64,000 bases of DNA from Schmidtea nova. Lineage: Eukaryota. Under the pieces are notes generated by a model. It did not search any database. It was not told the origin of the DNA and saw only the letters and a list, made by a program, of their open reading frames with translations. The stretch is taken from contig CM097882.1 in NCBI GenBank assembly GCA_044892505.1, positions 375,472,001 to 375,536,000 of the forward strand, given 5' to 3'. This document shows positions 53,413-64,000 of this stretch, piece after piece. Every line of letters begins with the position of its first letter. The stretch's first letter is position 1. Position numbers and translations under genes: made by a program.

Positions 53413-54260
53413 TGTTATTGAATTGTCACAACAAATGCAATTCGTCTTTGAAATGATCTCGCTTTAATCAATATAATTTACAATCTCAATAATTTGTACT
53501 TTCTTACTTTCTTAGGTCAAGGCGGTAAAATCCTTTTTCGGTACATTTTTTTTTGAAAAGGTTTATTAAAATATTTTCTCATCTCATTTCATTATCTTTT
53601 CAGGCTCCTCAAATTAATCTTTTCAATTTTATTCTTTTCGACTGCTGATTGTGATATTTTAAGTTTCTCTCTCTGGCAATAATATTTTTAAACTTTTCGA
53701 TTTGAACAACTGGCACTAATAATTTAAATTTTATAATATTTCAAATTTTACCTTTAGACCACTGGTCACCTTTTTCTTTTCCACTGCCGTTTTTTATACA
53801 TTTCTAGAACGGTAATTATCAAACTCAACCAACAGAAAATTACCAAATCTCCGGCCTAATTGGTCCATCAACAAATTATAATGTTGCTCTCCCATTAGCG
53901 CCCGAGTGGATTTTTCGTTAATTTCTTTGCGCAATCACCCGCCTTTTATATATCTGGTTTCTAATGTGCTCGGGTTTTCCATTGTCTCGGGTTTTCCAAT
54001 GTCTCATGCTTTCCATTGAGCGATTAATTAATTTTTATTTATTTATTTTTACGATAACTTTCTCTGGGGGCCCCTCACTAAATTTTTATTATCATTGGAC
54101 TTGTCTCTTGATTTGGCGTCCATTTCCCCGGATGACTATTAATTTTAATTTTTTGAAAACTTTTAACTAATTTTTGCACTTATTTATTTCGATATTTTTT
54201 TGCTTTTACTCTTATTTGTTTCAATTTTTACACAGTCTTCATCAAATGTACATAAAAACA
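53413..54260 (-). mobile_element. Solo LTR related to 9148-9950 (boundaries approximate)
   Basis: Shares GCTCGGGTTT.CCATTGTCTCGGG.TTTCCA and CTGGGG.CCCC blocks; TG..CA ends but no clean TSD. Confidence 0.6.
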
Positions 54261-54853
54261 ATAAATGCACACTTGATACAGACTGCGTCGAAATATCGTG
54301 TAATTAACAACCAAAAAATGATTTTTGATCTAGTCTTATAATTATTAATATGAAAATAACTGAATTAAAAAAATTATTTTTAGGATTAATTTTTCAAAAA
54401 ATATTTACCTACTGTTTTGCTACCATATTCTACTTTACTAACAGGTACCCCATCTTAAAAAGATTTGGAATCTCTGAATAAATATATTGTTTAGAATTAT
54501 CATTTGAATAAACTTGACATGTGTATCAGGGGTAAGATAAAAAGCAGTAACAGTTATTTATTCGACTTTTCATTTAATCCTAAGAGATTTTAAATTTCTT
54601 CATTGAGATTTTAAATTTCTATCAGCTATATTCAAGATAACACTTCAGAATTATATGTTACCCAGTTTCCTTGGAACGGTTAAAATATTAAACATCTTAT
54701 TTCAAGTCAATTTCAAGTTTTTTAGACATATTTTAGTGTTAAACTTATTTCATTGTTAGAAATTTATCTCACAATTAAATCATTTGAACCATTAACTTAA
54801 TTTATTAAAATACTTTCAATATTTCTTTGATTTTCAATTTGAAGGAATATTAA

Positions 54854-54925
54854 CACTTAAATGGTTGCACATCTGCTATCATGCCCGTTTATCACACACA
54901 TTTTGCGTGATCGGCCATTAAAGTG
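54854..54925. mobile_element. 72-bp TTAA-flanked MITE (piggyBac-like)
   Basis: TTAA-CACTTAAATGG...CCATTAAAGTG-TTAA. Confidence 0.55.
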
Positions 54926-55690
54926 TTAACAATGATACAAAATGAACTAATTTCTTAAATTACATTAGAAAGCAAGTCAAAAATTGTTAAAATAAAATAT
55001 TGATCGATAGTTTATAAAAAGAAATGAAGACTATCAACAATTCTAGATTCAGTATATAGTACACCTGTTTTCTTAGCTTAAAAGTATCTATGATACAAGT
55101 AGGTGTGTCCACCTACGTGTTACTCATAATTACTTTGTTTTATTTTATAATTATTCTGTTAGCCATTTTTAAAAATGTATATCAGGTAAGTTTATTTATC
55201 AAGATATCTTTTAAGGCTTCAATTTTGATCTTACAATGATATAAGATCATTATAGGAGCTTTGAAAGTTTATCTATATTCTACAATAATATTTTGATTTT
55301 ATATTTATTTACTTTGTAGGAAAAAATAATTGTTATGATTGGTCGCGCCCGCTCTTAAAATATTTTTAAAAATTAATTAAGTAATAATTATTTGGGTGCT
55401 TGATCGCTGTGAGAGATTGTGGAGCGAGCCTGGAAGCCGTAAAAACGGACTTATTGAAATCTATATAAATCTTATATGTTCGATAACGTCAATGTACGCA
55501 AATATTTTGTTGCTCGCAAAAACCGGTATTGTAGAGGAATGACTAAACATTCAAATGAATTCTGTCCTGAGCATTCAATTGATCATCAATCAATATCAAT
55601 ATCAATCCAAACTCGATGAGATCTGTCGATTTGAATGCTGTAACAAGTTTCAGTTACCAGGTACCAAAGCGCAACCAGCAATCAAATAGT

Positions 55691-56646
55691 TAAAGGAAAT
55701 TTAGGAGATGAGACGGTCTGTGTGCGCAGTGGTGGTGTTTCATGGGTGTGCGCACACAGAGACGAGTTACTGAAGTCGCTTAAAGGAATTGGATTTTTGA
55801 CTTTTTAAAAGTTTATTAAAAAACATTTTGGACATTAATTGATTGGTTTTTTAATTGTGTGATTTCGGGGACTTTAAATTGGATTTTGTTTTTTGGTATG
55901 AATGGTTTTATATTGAGCGAACTTTAAATTGGAATTACTTTTAATTATGAATTTATGTGTTTTGTTTATCTGAATTTATTGTCAGTTTTTAATTGGTGAA
56001 TTTTTTGAAATGAATGTTTTTGGAAATGTTTTGAAAGGAATTTAATTATGAATAAAATTCAGGAATATATGTTTAGATTTGTTTAATCTGCTTTGCTTAT
56101 GAATTTCTTATATTTGTTAAATTATTGAAATGCCATATCGCTCCCGATTTAAAATTGTTGCCGATACTATAGAAGAAGAAGCTCGCAAATTACAATCAAA
56201 TGAAGAAACTGCAATCGTTTATCAGCAGTTTATCGAAACTTATGAAGAGCCACCGAAAGTTAATAAGACATGGGTTAAAGGTGGCACAGTAAATCCAGGA
56301 AGTTCAACTCATAGTTCTGAAGGTGCTGGTAAACCCTATCAGCCGTTAATGAAAACGGTGGATTTGGAATCGATTAAGCATTCGATTGGTGAGGTAATGG
56401 TTTGGTGCTTGGGATATGCCGATTCAGCTGAGGATGTGTTGGATATCATTGTCACACAGATTGATAAAACTGTTGGATATGCTACCGATAAATCTGATGA
56501 GAATTTCAATTTGTCTATGATTAAATCTCGCGATCTCAGTCCAAAAAACAAGAAGAATAAAGAAAGCAATAGGAGCTGGATGCGCTGATCCAATGATGTC
56601 TTTTGGAAATTTTACATTAAATTTAAATAAAAATATTTTTTTAACA
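55691..56646 (+). mobile_element. Solo-LTR-like insertion (956 bp) resembling the BEL LTR
   Basis: 5-bp flanking repeat ATAGT, AATAAA then ..AACA end; shares TGTGTGCGCA and CTTTAAATT(T)GGATTTTGTT with 5651-6433; starts TA rather than TG. Confidence 0.55.
56130..56588 (+). CDS. 152-aa chimeric ORF built from U2SURP/SR140-like fragments
   Basis: EETAIVYQQFIETY..KTWVKGGTVN..GKPYQP (N-terminal segment) fused to IGEVMVWCLGYADSAEDVLDII (CID-domain segment); no introns, RRM or SURP. Confidence 0.75.
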   Translation: MPYRSRFKIVADTIEEEARKLQSNEETAIVYQQFIETYEEPPKVNKTWVKGGTVNPGSSTHSSEGAGKPYQPLMKTVDLESIKHSIGEVMVWCLGYADSAEDVLDIIVTQIDKTVGYATDKSDENFNLSMIKSRDLSPKNKKNKESNRSWMR

Positions 56647-57597
56647 ATAGTTTATTAATGAAATAAATAAGTCTCCGAATATTTCCATTATCTTTGTTCT
56701 ACAATTTTTTTTATTTAATTTTTAAATACTTTCTAGGAAATCATGATTTTTTAATGTTTTAGGAATTATTTACATTTAAACGTAAGTTAAAAAATCCTTT
56801 TTGACCAAGATTTATTATAATAATTATTATTAAATAAAAATTTTCTATTTATTTCTGTTAAATTTTTATGTATATTCCAAAAAATAATTTAATTAAGTGA
56901 AATTTTTATTTCAAGCATTGCCAAATTTTGTTGTCATGCATTATCTGAGACTTAAAAATGATCAAAATTGCGGTGTAAATATGTTTAATTGTCTATAATT
57001 TGAAAATAATTAGACGGGATTATTTGTTGACTACTGGAAACGGAAAAGTTTCGCAAAATAATTTTCGGAAATATATGAAATTTTATATTAAAATTCATTA
57101 AAATAAAACATATTTATCTATTTTCTCAACAACTCCTTTAAGAAATATTCCAAATTTTTACTTAAAATCCCTATTTTGAAAATAAATAAATTTATTATAG
57201 GCCTTTTAACCGCGTAAAACAATGTACCCTTAAAATTTTACATGCAATTTTCATTGTGTGTTGTGTTTGTGTGTATAATTCAATTTTTCTTACACATTGT
57301 CTATAACATAATAAATCTCTTAACTATGTAAAATCCAAATTTAACATCAACGTAAGTTTAAATTTGCTATTGGTAATTTTTAACTTATATTATAGAAACT
57401 TTTAATGTACTAAAACAGGTGTATATTCTATTTTTTCCGATAATTATCTTTCCTCGGCGAGAAAATGTTGGAGAATACTGTATTAAAGTATGGAATAATC
57501 TTTGTCAATATTATTATTGATCATTTAAATTGCAATTAATTTGTGAAAGATTTCTATATATAATTATATTTCTACATATTTGACAAAATAAACTATT

Positions 57598-58449
57598 ATG
57601 GACTGCACGTGGTTAGAAAAGAATCTGGTTCAGAGAAAAAATAGAATTCGCAATTTAATCAACGAAGAATACCAAGTCATAAATATGGATCGAAAGAACA
57701 TAATTGAACCCCTTAATTCAAGAAAGAAATGGCTCGAAGCCTACACCAAACGCAATTCTAATTCACATAAAATTGAGTGCGCAGCATGTTTAGAAGAACT
57801 TTATCATAAAAATTGCAATACCGACATTGGTAGCTTTCGGTTATACCAGGAAACTTTCAGAGGGCCTGAAATGATTAAATATCTAAATAACCAAAAAGTT
57901 TATAGAAAACGCATTAAACGACTGCGTACGTACAATTTCAACTATTTAACCAATTATTACAAAATCAGTGTCAACATTTTCGAGAATCAACTGCAAAAAT
58001 CTACGACCAGCCAAATTTTATTATTAAAAAGTCTCAGCATGAATCCAAATAAAACAAGATTAAAAAAGATAAAAGACAGTAAAATTCAAAATAATTTAAA
58101 AAATAAAAAGATTTTCTATAAAAGAATAACACAAATTGAAACGAGAAAATTTCAGCTTAATGAAAATTATGACGGAAATGTTCCAACGGAAATGGCGAAT
58201 GAAAACGAAGAAATGAACAGACTAACGCCAAAAATTGATGAATTCGAAATTATGGAAAAGAATAAAACAATTTTTCTCAATAATAATAACTGTGCTGATG
58301 AAAAAGAATATTTTCTTTTCTTTCGCAATGTATTTAATTGTTTTCAGTTGCAATTTTGGAAAATGATTGTCAATGGACAAATGGTTATACAAAGATTTTT
58401 TAAAAAACCTATGTTTTTCTTTGCGATGATTAATTTATATTGTGTATAA
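57598..58449 (+). CDS. Hypothetical 283-aa protein
   Basis: Long ATG-initiated ORF in very AT-rich DNA; no recognisable domain. Confidence 0.45.
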   Translation: MDCTWLEKNLVQRKNRIRNLINEEYQVINMDRKNIIEPLNSRKKWLEAYTKRNSNSHKIECAACLEELYHKNCNTDIGSFRLYQETFRGPEMIKYLNNQKVYRKRIKRLRTYNFNYLTNYYKISVNIFENQLQKSTTSQILLLKSLSMNPNKTRLKKIKDSKIQNNLKNKKIFYKRITQIETRKFQLNENYDGNVPTEMANENEEMNRLTPKIDEFEIMEKNKTIFLNNNNCADEKEYFLFFRNVFNCFQLQFWKMIVNGQMVIQRFFKKPMFFFAMINLYCV

Positions 58450-59219
58450 AGCATAAATTTATTTCACACTTTTCTCCTGGTATTATTTTATTCCTACCAC
58501 CAGGGCATAGCATCAACCGGAACGGCGTCCTGGTTCTTTTTTTAACATCACAAAAATAATTTTACATCAATTTCCTCTTAGTAAGTTTTGTTTACAATTT
58601 TCTTTACTTAGCGGTGCAAAAAGTAAAAAAGAATTTTATCTTTTCGACATAGTATGTGGTGCGTTAAAAATTTATTTGAGATTTATGATGATTTCTAGTT
58701 AAAAAGAAAGCCCGTCAAAATAAAGGTCGCGTTTTTTTAATATACTATGATATATATTAATATACATGAAAACACGTTTTCCCCTCAATATAACATATGA
58801 TGGATAAATAACGTATACTTTACACTCTCTTTTCTATACTTTACAGCAATGATATACAATAATTTCATGATTATTGTAATAATTTTTTTAATAAAATTTA
58901 TCAGATTTTATCTACTAATAAAACATCAATAGTGATAATTATCAGTATTAGATTTAGAAAACGGTGGATGGATTGACAGTAACATAAGGATACTAAAGNN
59001 NNNNNNNNNNNNNNNNNNNNNNNNNNNNNNNNNNNNNNNNNNNNNNNNNNNNNNNNNNNNNNNNNNNNNNNNNNNNNNNNNNNNNNNNNNNNNNNNNNNN
59101 NNNNNNNNNNNNNNNNNNNNNNNNNNNNNNNNNNNNNNNNNNNNNNNNNNNNNNNNNNNNNNNNNNNNNNNNNNNNNNNNNNNNNNNNNNNNNNNNNNNN
59201 NNNNNNNNNNNNNNNNNNN

Positions 59220-59774
59220 ATGACTATAGATCAAATTTTTTTTATAAACAATAACACAATATTTCGGCACAGCCTTTATCAAGTGTGTATACACTTGATA
59301 AAGGCTGTGCCGAAATATTGTGTTATTGTTTATAAAAAAAATTTGATCTATAGTCATTATGAGAATTATTGATAATAATAATAAAAAAAGATCAAAGGTG
59401 AAAAAAGATAATTATGATAATAAAAATAATAGTAATAATAATAATAATAATAATAATATTAATAATAATAACAAATTATAAAAATTATAATAAATTATAA
59501 AAAAATAATTATTATCAATAATTCTCATAATGACTATAGATCAAAAATTTTTTTTTTATAAACAATAACACAATATTTCGACACAGCCTTTATCAAGTGT
59601 GTATTTCTATCGTTATATTAACTTAATCCTATTAGGATTAAGTTAATATAACGATAGAAATACACACTTGATAAAGGCTGTGCCGAAATATTGTGTTATT
59701 GTTTATAAAAAAAAATTTTGATCTATAGTCATTATGAGAATTATTGATAATAATAATAAAAAAAGATCAAAGGT
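59220..59774. repeat. Palindromic AAT-associated repeat, cluster 3
   Basis: Hairpins centred at ~59288 and ~59631; N gaps on both sides. A partial arm also occurs at 50120-50167 and a diverged arm at 54267-54340. Confidence 0.9.
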
Positions 59775-60051
59775 NNNNNNNNNNNNNNNNNNNNNNNNNN
59801 NNNNNNNNNNNNNNNNNNNNNNNNNNNNNNNNNNNNNNNNNNNNNNNNNNNNNNNNNNNNNNNNNNNNNNNNNNNNNNNNNNNNNNNNNNNNNNNNNNNN
59901 NNNNNNNNNNNNNNNNNNNNNNNNNCTAAAATAATTGAAAACAAATGCCAACTCCAAATTATATTCCGCAAAATATATTTTGAGAAACTCCTTCTTATGT
60001 TCTTTTCCGTCAAACATTCCAATATAAATTAAGTAAATCAATTTTAAATTA

Positions 60052-61631
60052 ACGGATAACTCCAAATAGTATGAGTCATATTATTTAATAATATGACCAA
60101 AAAACAAAAATTCCTTACGTGGTTAAGTAAATTAGTCATACTATTTGAATTTAAAGAAATATAAAAAACATAATTGTATTTTTAATCATTCGTCAGCAAG
60201 ATCAAATACATTTGGTTCAAAATCATACTCGTTCCGAGTTGGTGTTGAATCTTCAAATATCGAATTAATAAATTCGTTTCGGAATCTCTCACCATAAATA
60301 TCATGTTTAGATATATGCCAATCCTCGAAATTCTCCGAAAACCCAGCTGATTGAATAGAGATTTTTAAGTTTTGGATAGACATAGAGCTCCAAGCATTAC
60401 TAATCCAAAGATTCACAAGCCCTTGGCTGGGAGCCTTGGGATTTCCACATCTTGTGTATTATATTTCCTCGGAGTTTTTCCAAATATTAATAAAACTGGA
60501 AATTCTGTCTTTAAATTCTTTAAAAATTCCAATATCTCCTGCTTGTAAATAGGGGGTTAATGTGCCGGGTATTACCACAAGTTTTATATTTCTTTTTCTG
60601 CAGTGCTCTTTTACACGTTCTGAAATATGAGCACGAAAAGAATCCCATACAATACATTTTCCTTGACTAGCGTCAAACATTGGAAACATTAAATTTATCC
60701 ATGCCATTATTAAATCTTGATTTATCCATGCTTTTTCTTGTGTAACGCTATAAATATTGTTGAGCGAATTAATATTTGCAAAAGAATTTTTTCCTTTGTG
60801 AATAGCAAGAGGTACAGCTTTTTTTCCATTAGCCCAAACTGACACAATTACTGTTATTCACATGGAAGAAAACCCTGTTGATTTCATTATTACATGTCTC
60901 CGTCCTTTTAAACCAACTGTATGGGTCTTATTATCTTTGAAATAAACAGCTGTTTTATCCATTAACAATGTTTTCGACAAGTCAACATTAGGGATCGTAG
61001 GTCTTAAAAAACCCATATAATTAATGGCACGGGAAATTAACGTATCATCAGATAAATTCGTAAAGTTGGTTGTTCTTCTAAACGACAGTCCATTTCTTTT
61101 CATGAAACCGTCAATCCAGCGGCCTGAAGCTTTGATGTCAATATTATTTTGTTCTCCTAATGTAATAGCTCGATTGGATATGAAAGTTCGAGTAACTTTT
61201 ATTTTCATTATTCTTAATCCAATAATTTCATCAAAAATTAATTCTTCAAGAGATCCTAGCAAAGGCTTTCTTCCGCCTCCAGACGCTCTTTTCATCGATG
61301 CAGATTGTGCTTCTTTGTTCTTATACCACTGCTGAAACATAGATTGACTATACGAGCAACTATCTCTGTCGCCGAAAAGGTTGTTTGCCTTATAACATGA
61401 ATTTTCGAGCTCCATATATGAAATCACTTCTTTCTTAAAAGCAATTGTAAATGTTCTTTTTTTCATTGGGGTGATTTAAAGAAAAATTTATTATAGAAAT
61501 TGTATTATTGATATAAAAGAATTTTAAAAAATCATTAAATATTAATGGTCATACTATTTATTAGTATGACTTTTTATAAAAAAGAAATGATCATATTATT
61601 AGGAATAGTAATATTATATGGAGTTATCCGT
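60052..61631 (-). mobile_element. pogo/Tigger-like Tc1-mariner DNA transposon, full length
   Basis: TIR ACGGATAACTCCA, TA TSDs, subterminal GTCATA repeats. Confidence 0.92.
60186..61466 (-). pseudogene. pogo transposase (CENP-B HTH plus DDE) with two in-frame stops
   Basis: GGGRKP, ASGRWIDGFMKR, MDKT, VWDSFRAH, TPYLQAGD; three ORF pieces share a frame. Confidence 0.92.
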
Positions 61632-61834
61632 TAGTTAATCATAATTTAAAAATTATATATAATATATAATTTTTTTTTAAATATTCAAAACTTTTAAAAC
61701 GATGTAATTATTTTAGAATTTAAATAAATTAAACTTAAAAAATAATTTTAAAAAAAATAATTTTCTTAAGAATATTCTCATATTTATAAACGACAGTATG
61801 ATTAGAGACCAAACCTTTCATCATCAGTTGACAA

Positions 61835-63925
61835 TAGGGCTTGCAATACCGGATCAAATTTTCAAAACCGGTATTTCGGTATTTCATTATATTAATACCG
61901 GGATCCCGGTATTAATACCGGTATTTAAGAAAAAACAAAAAAAAAGCAAAACTACATTGCAAAAAATAGAAAAAAATATATTTATAAAGAAAATAAAATA
62001 TTTAATTCAATAACGAATAATTCGAAAGAATAAACTTTTTTTTAAAGTGCCACAACAAGATTTGCCTTTAAAATATGCCCTCAAAAATGTTAAACTATCA
62101 AGAGTTTTGTCGCTTAAGCTGGATCGAATTTTTGTGCACAACAGCCCTGCTGCTGAAAAGGCTCTTTCGGACTCGACGCTAATTGGTGGTATGGACATAA
62201 GGCAGTCATATACTAGTTGAAGATATTTTCCTCTAATATGTTCTACTTCGAAGTATGCTAGTTCCTGTTTTATAACTTTATAAAGTACTTTAGAATTCAT
62301 CATTTTTGAAATTCCACTCGCAGTCTTCATCACATTAACTTTCTTGGAAATTGCCATTTCTAGTTTTTCTTTCATTGTCATCGAACTTAGAATTTCTGGC
62401 TCAGAATCAGCAGATAACTCAGAAACGTCGATGGAAGAGGCTCCTATGTTTTCAATATCGATGACATCGATAGCATATAAGCGTTCCAATAAATTTATAA
62501 TTATTTTTATAATTGTTGCGTTGTTAATTCAATTAAAAATTTCATTTTGGTCGTCATCTGCTGATTCAGTAGGATTGTGCAGGTATTGTAGTAGACTCGA
62601 TAAATCAGTACGCCTTTGTTTTATACGAATAATTAGCTCTTCTTTGAATTCATTACTTAAAGCAGCATTCTGTTCTGTCAATTGATTAAACATAAATAGT
62701 AAAGCTGCATCTGCGCTAAGAAGAGTAGCATCTTGACGACAACAAGCTTCAACAGTTAATTTGATTGGAAGAAGAACTGAAATAACTGATGATGCTAAAG
62801 AAAAATCAATTTCTGAAAATGATATTTCGCCATTTAAATTTAAATCAATCAAAGCCTTTTGTATGCAGTTCTTTAACTGGACAAAGCGTTCTAGCATGGC
62901 AAGTAAGCTATTCCAACGTGTTTTAGAATCTAGAATTAAATTCAGTTCCTTTCCAAATTGTTCTTTAACATGTTTCTGTAAAGCTTTATCATTTTTCATT
63001 GGCGAACGTCTGAATAGCTTCACAACTTTTCTTATTTTTTTAATCAATGGACCTATCTGTTCATGAATAATTAAACAGTCAATTGCATTGTTTTCTTGAA
63101 GTATGGCTAAACTATTATCATCAAGATCACTATCATTTTCATCACTTGTATACTGGTTATCATCTTCGTTACAATTAGAATGTTCATTTTCTAAATTTTG
63201 GTGTATCATATTTATATATAAAACCTTAATGACAACCAATTGAATTCCGTGAACTAAGCAAAGTTGTTTCCTTGCACAAATCAACTTTCCAACTTTGGTC
63301 ATGACAGATGCACCATCGGTTGTAATGCACACAATGTGTTTATTTAAAGAAACTTGGAATAATTTAAGCTTTTCTTCAACGAGGGCAACACACTTTTCTG
63401 CAGGCAATGATCCTTGCACGCGAACTAATCCTAGGTTCCAGAATTTCTTGATGCCAGCATGAACATTTATATTTAAATAACGTCGGTTTTTTACCGATGT
63501 CCATTCATCAAATGTAAGACTAAATCGTTGTCCTGAAAGAATTTGAGATTCTAACTCTTTAATCATATTTGCACGAATTTTTTCACTGTACTGCACAACT
63601 AAATTTTTTATAGAGTTTATAGATTTTGGTATATTTTCATACCCTCTGGCAGTTAAACCTTTTCTGATATCCACGGAAGTGCAAAATATGTTAAACGACA
63701 AACCGTCACATGCCGTCATACGAGCTAAAACTGCAGACAAAGAATTGTCCGTTTCCGAAACGAAAAATGTTGTTATTTTCCCGCTAGAAACTTTGTTCAC
63801 TTTAGAAGTTGATGGTTCTGGCTCAATTTCAATCAAGAGGTTGGAGCTCGGAGCATTCCTTTTTTAAAAATTAATTTGGTGGAGTGTCTTTAGGTGGGTA
63901 TGCAAACCACTTGTACTACCTCTTT
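61835..63925 (-). mobile_element. hAT (hobo-like) transposon; one end seen
   Basis: Terminus TAGGGCTTGC with ACCGGTAT subterminal repeats; transposase upstream. Confidence 0.88.
62007..63836 (-). pseudogene. hAT transposase, one in-frame stop and frameshifted BED-finger remnant
   Basis: SLTFDEWTS, TTDGA, CLVH, TRWNS, SVESERAFS; STSGLHTHL remnant at ~63900. Confidence 0.92.
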
Positions 63926-64000
63926 CTTAATGTAAAAAAAACAAATTACTTCAGTAGGGCCACCTGTACGTAAATTTCAAAATTAGATTTAATCTTTAAA

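Noticed and set aside
13330-55190. Scattered small exon-like segments (e.g. ~17806, 27050, 32195, 32353, 33911, 34167, 54610, 55152)
   Set aside because: Splice-like signals are present but I could not build a consistent frame or recognise a product.
25760-60065. ORFs containing X runs and Ile/Asn-rich ORFs
   Set aside because: Artefacts of N gaps and AAT microsatellites.
61810-61834. Additional hammerhead (CUGAUGA on minus strand)
   Set aside because: No stem II followed by GAAA in the right geometry.

Overview
AT-rich eukaryotic (animal) genomic DNA with ~50-bp introns, (AAT)n tracts and nine N-gaps; the repeat make-up is reminiscent of a planarian-type flatworm (inference only). The window is dominated by nested transposons: an apparently intact BEL/Pao LTR retrotransposon (minus, runs off the left edge) inserted in a Ulp1-protease-encoding NeSL-like RLE non-LTR element whose 3' end abuts a 5'-truncated 5S rRNA gene. 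There are also two decayed Gypsy elements, several solo LTRs, piggyBac, pogo, hAT, MULE and Polinton relics, a Penelope relic with two hammerhead ribozymes, and a palindromic AAT-linked repeat. Host genes: an intronless kinesin-14-like gene with degenerate switch motifs and a convergent, C-terminally short bestrophin. Most notable: (1) the BEL reading frame, missed by the ORF track, is open for >2050 codons, starts ~175 codons inside its own LTR, reads through the PBS, and carries a captured polyubiquitin fragment (tail of one unit plus a full 76-aa unit ending in GG) fused in front of Gag; (2) a solo-LTR-like relative carries a scrambled U2SURP-derived ORF; (3) two other large LTR-like units carry the same unknown two-ORF cassette; (4) a possible 5S-rDNA-targeting retrotransposon. 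All translations and alignments were done by eye.
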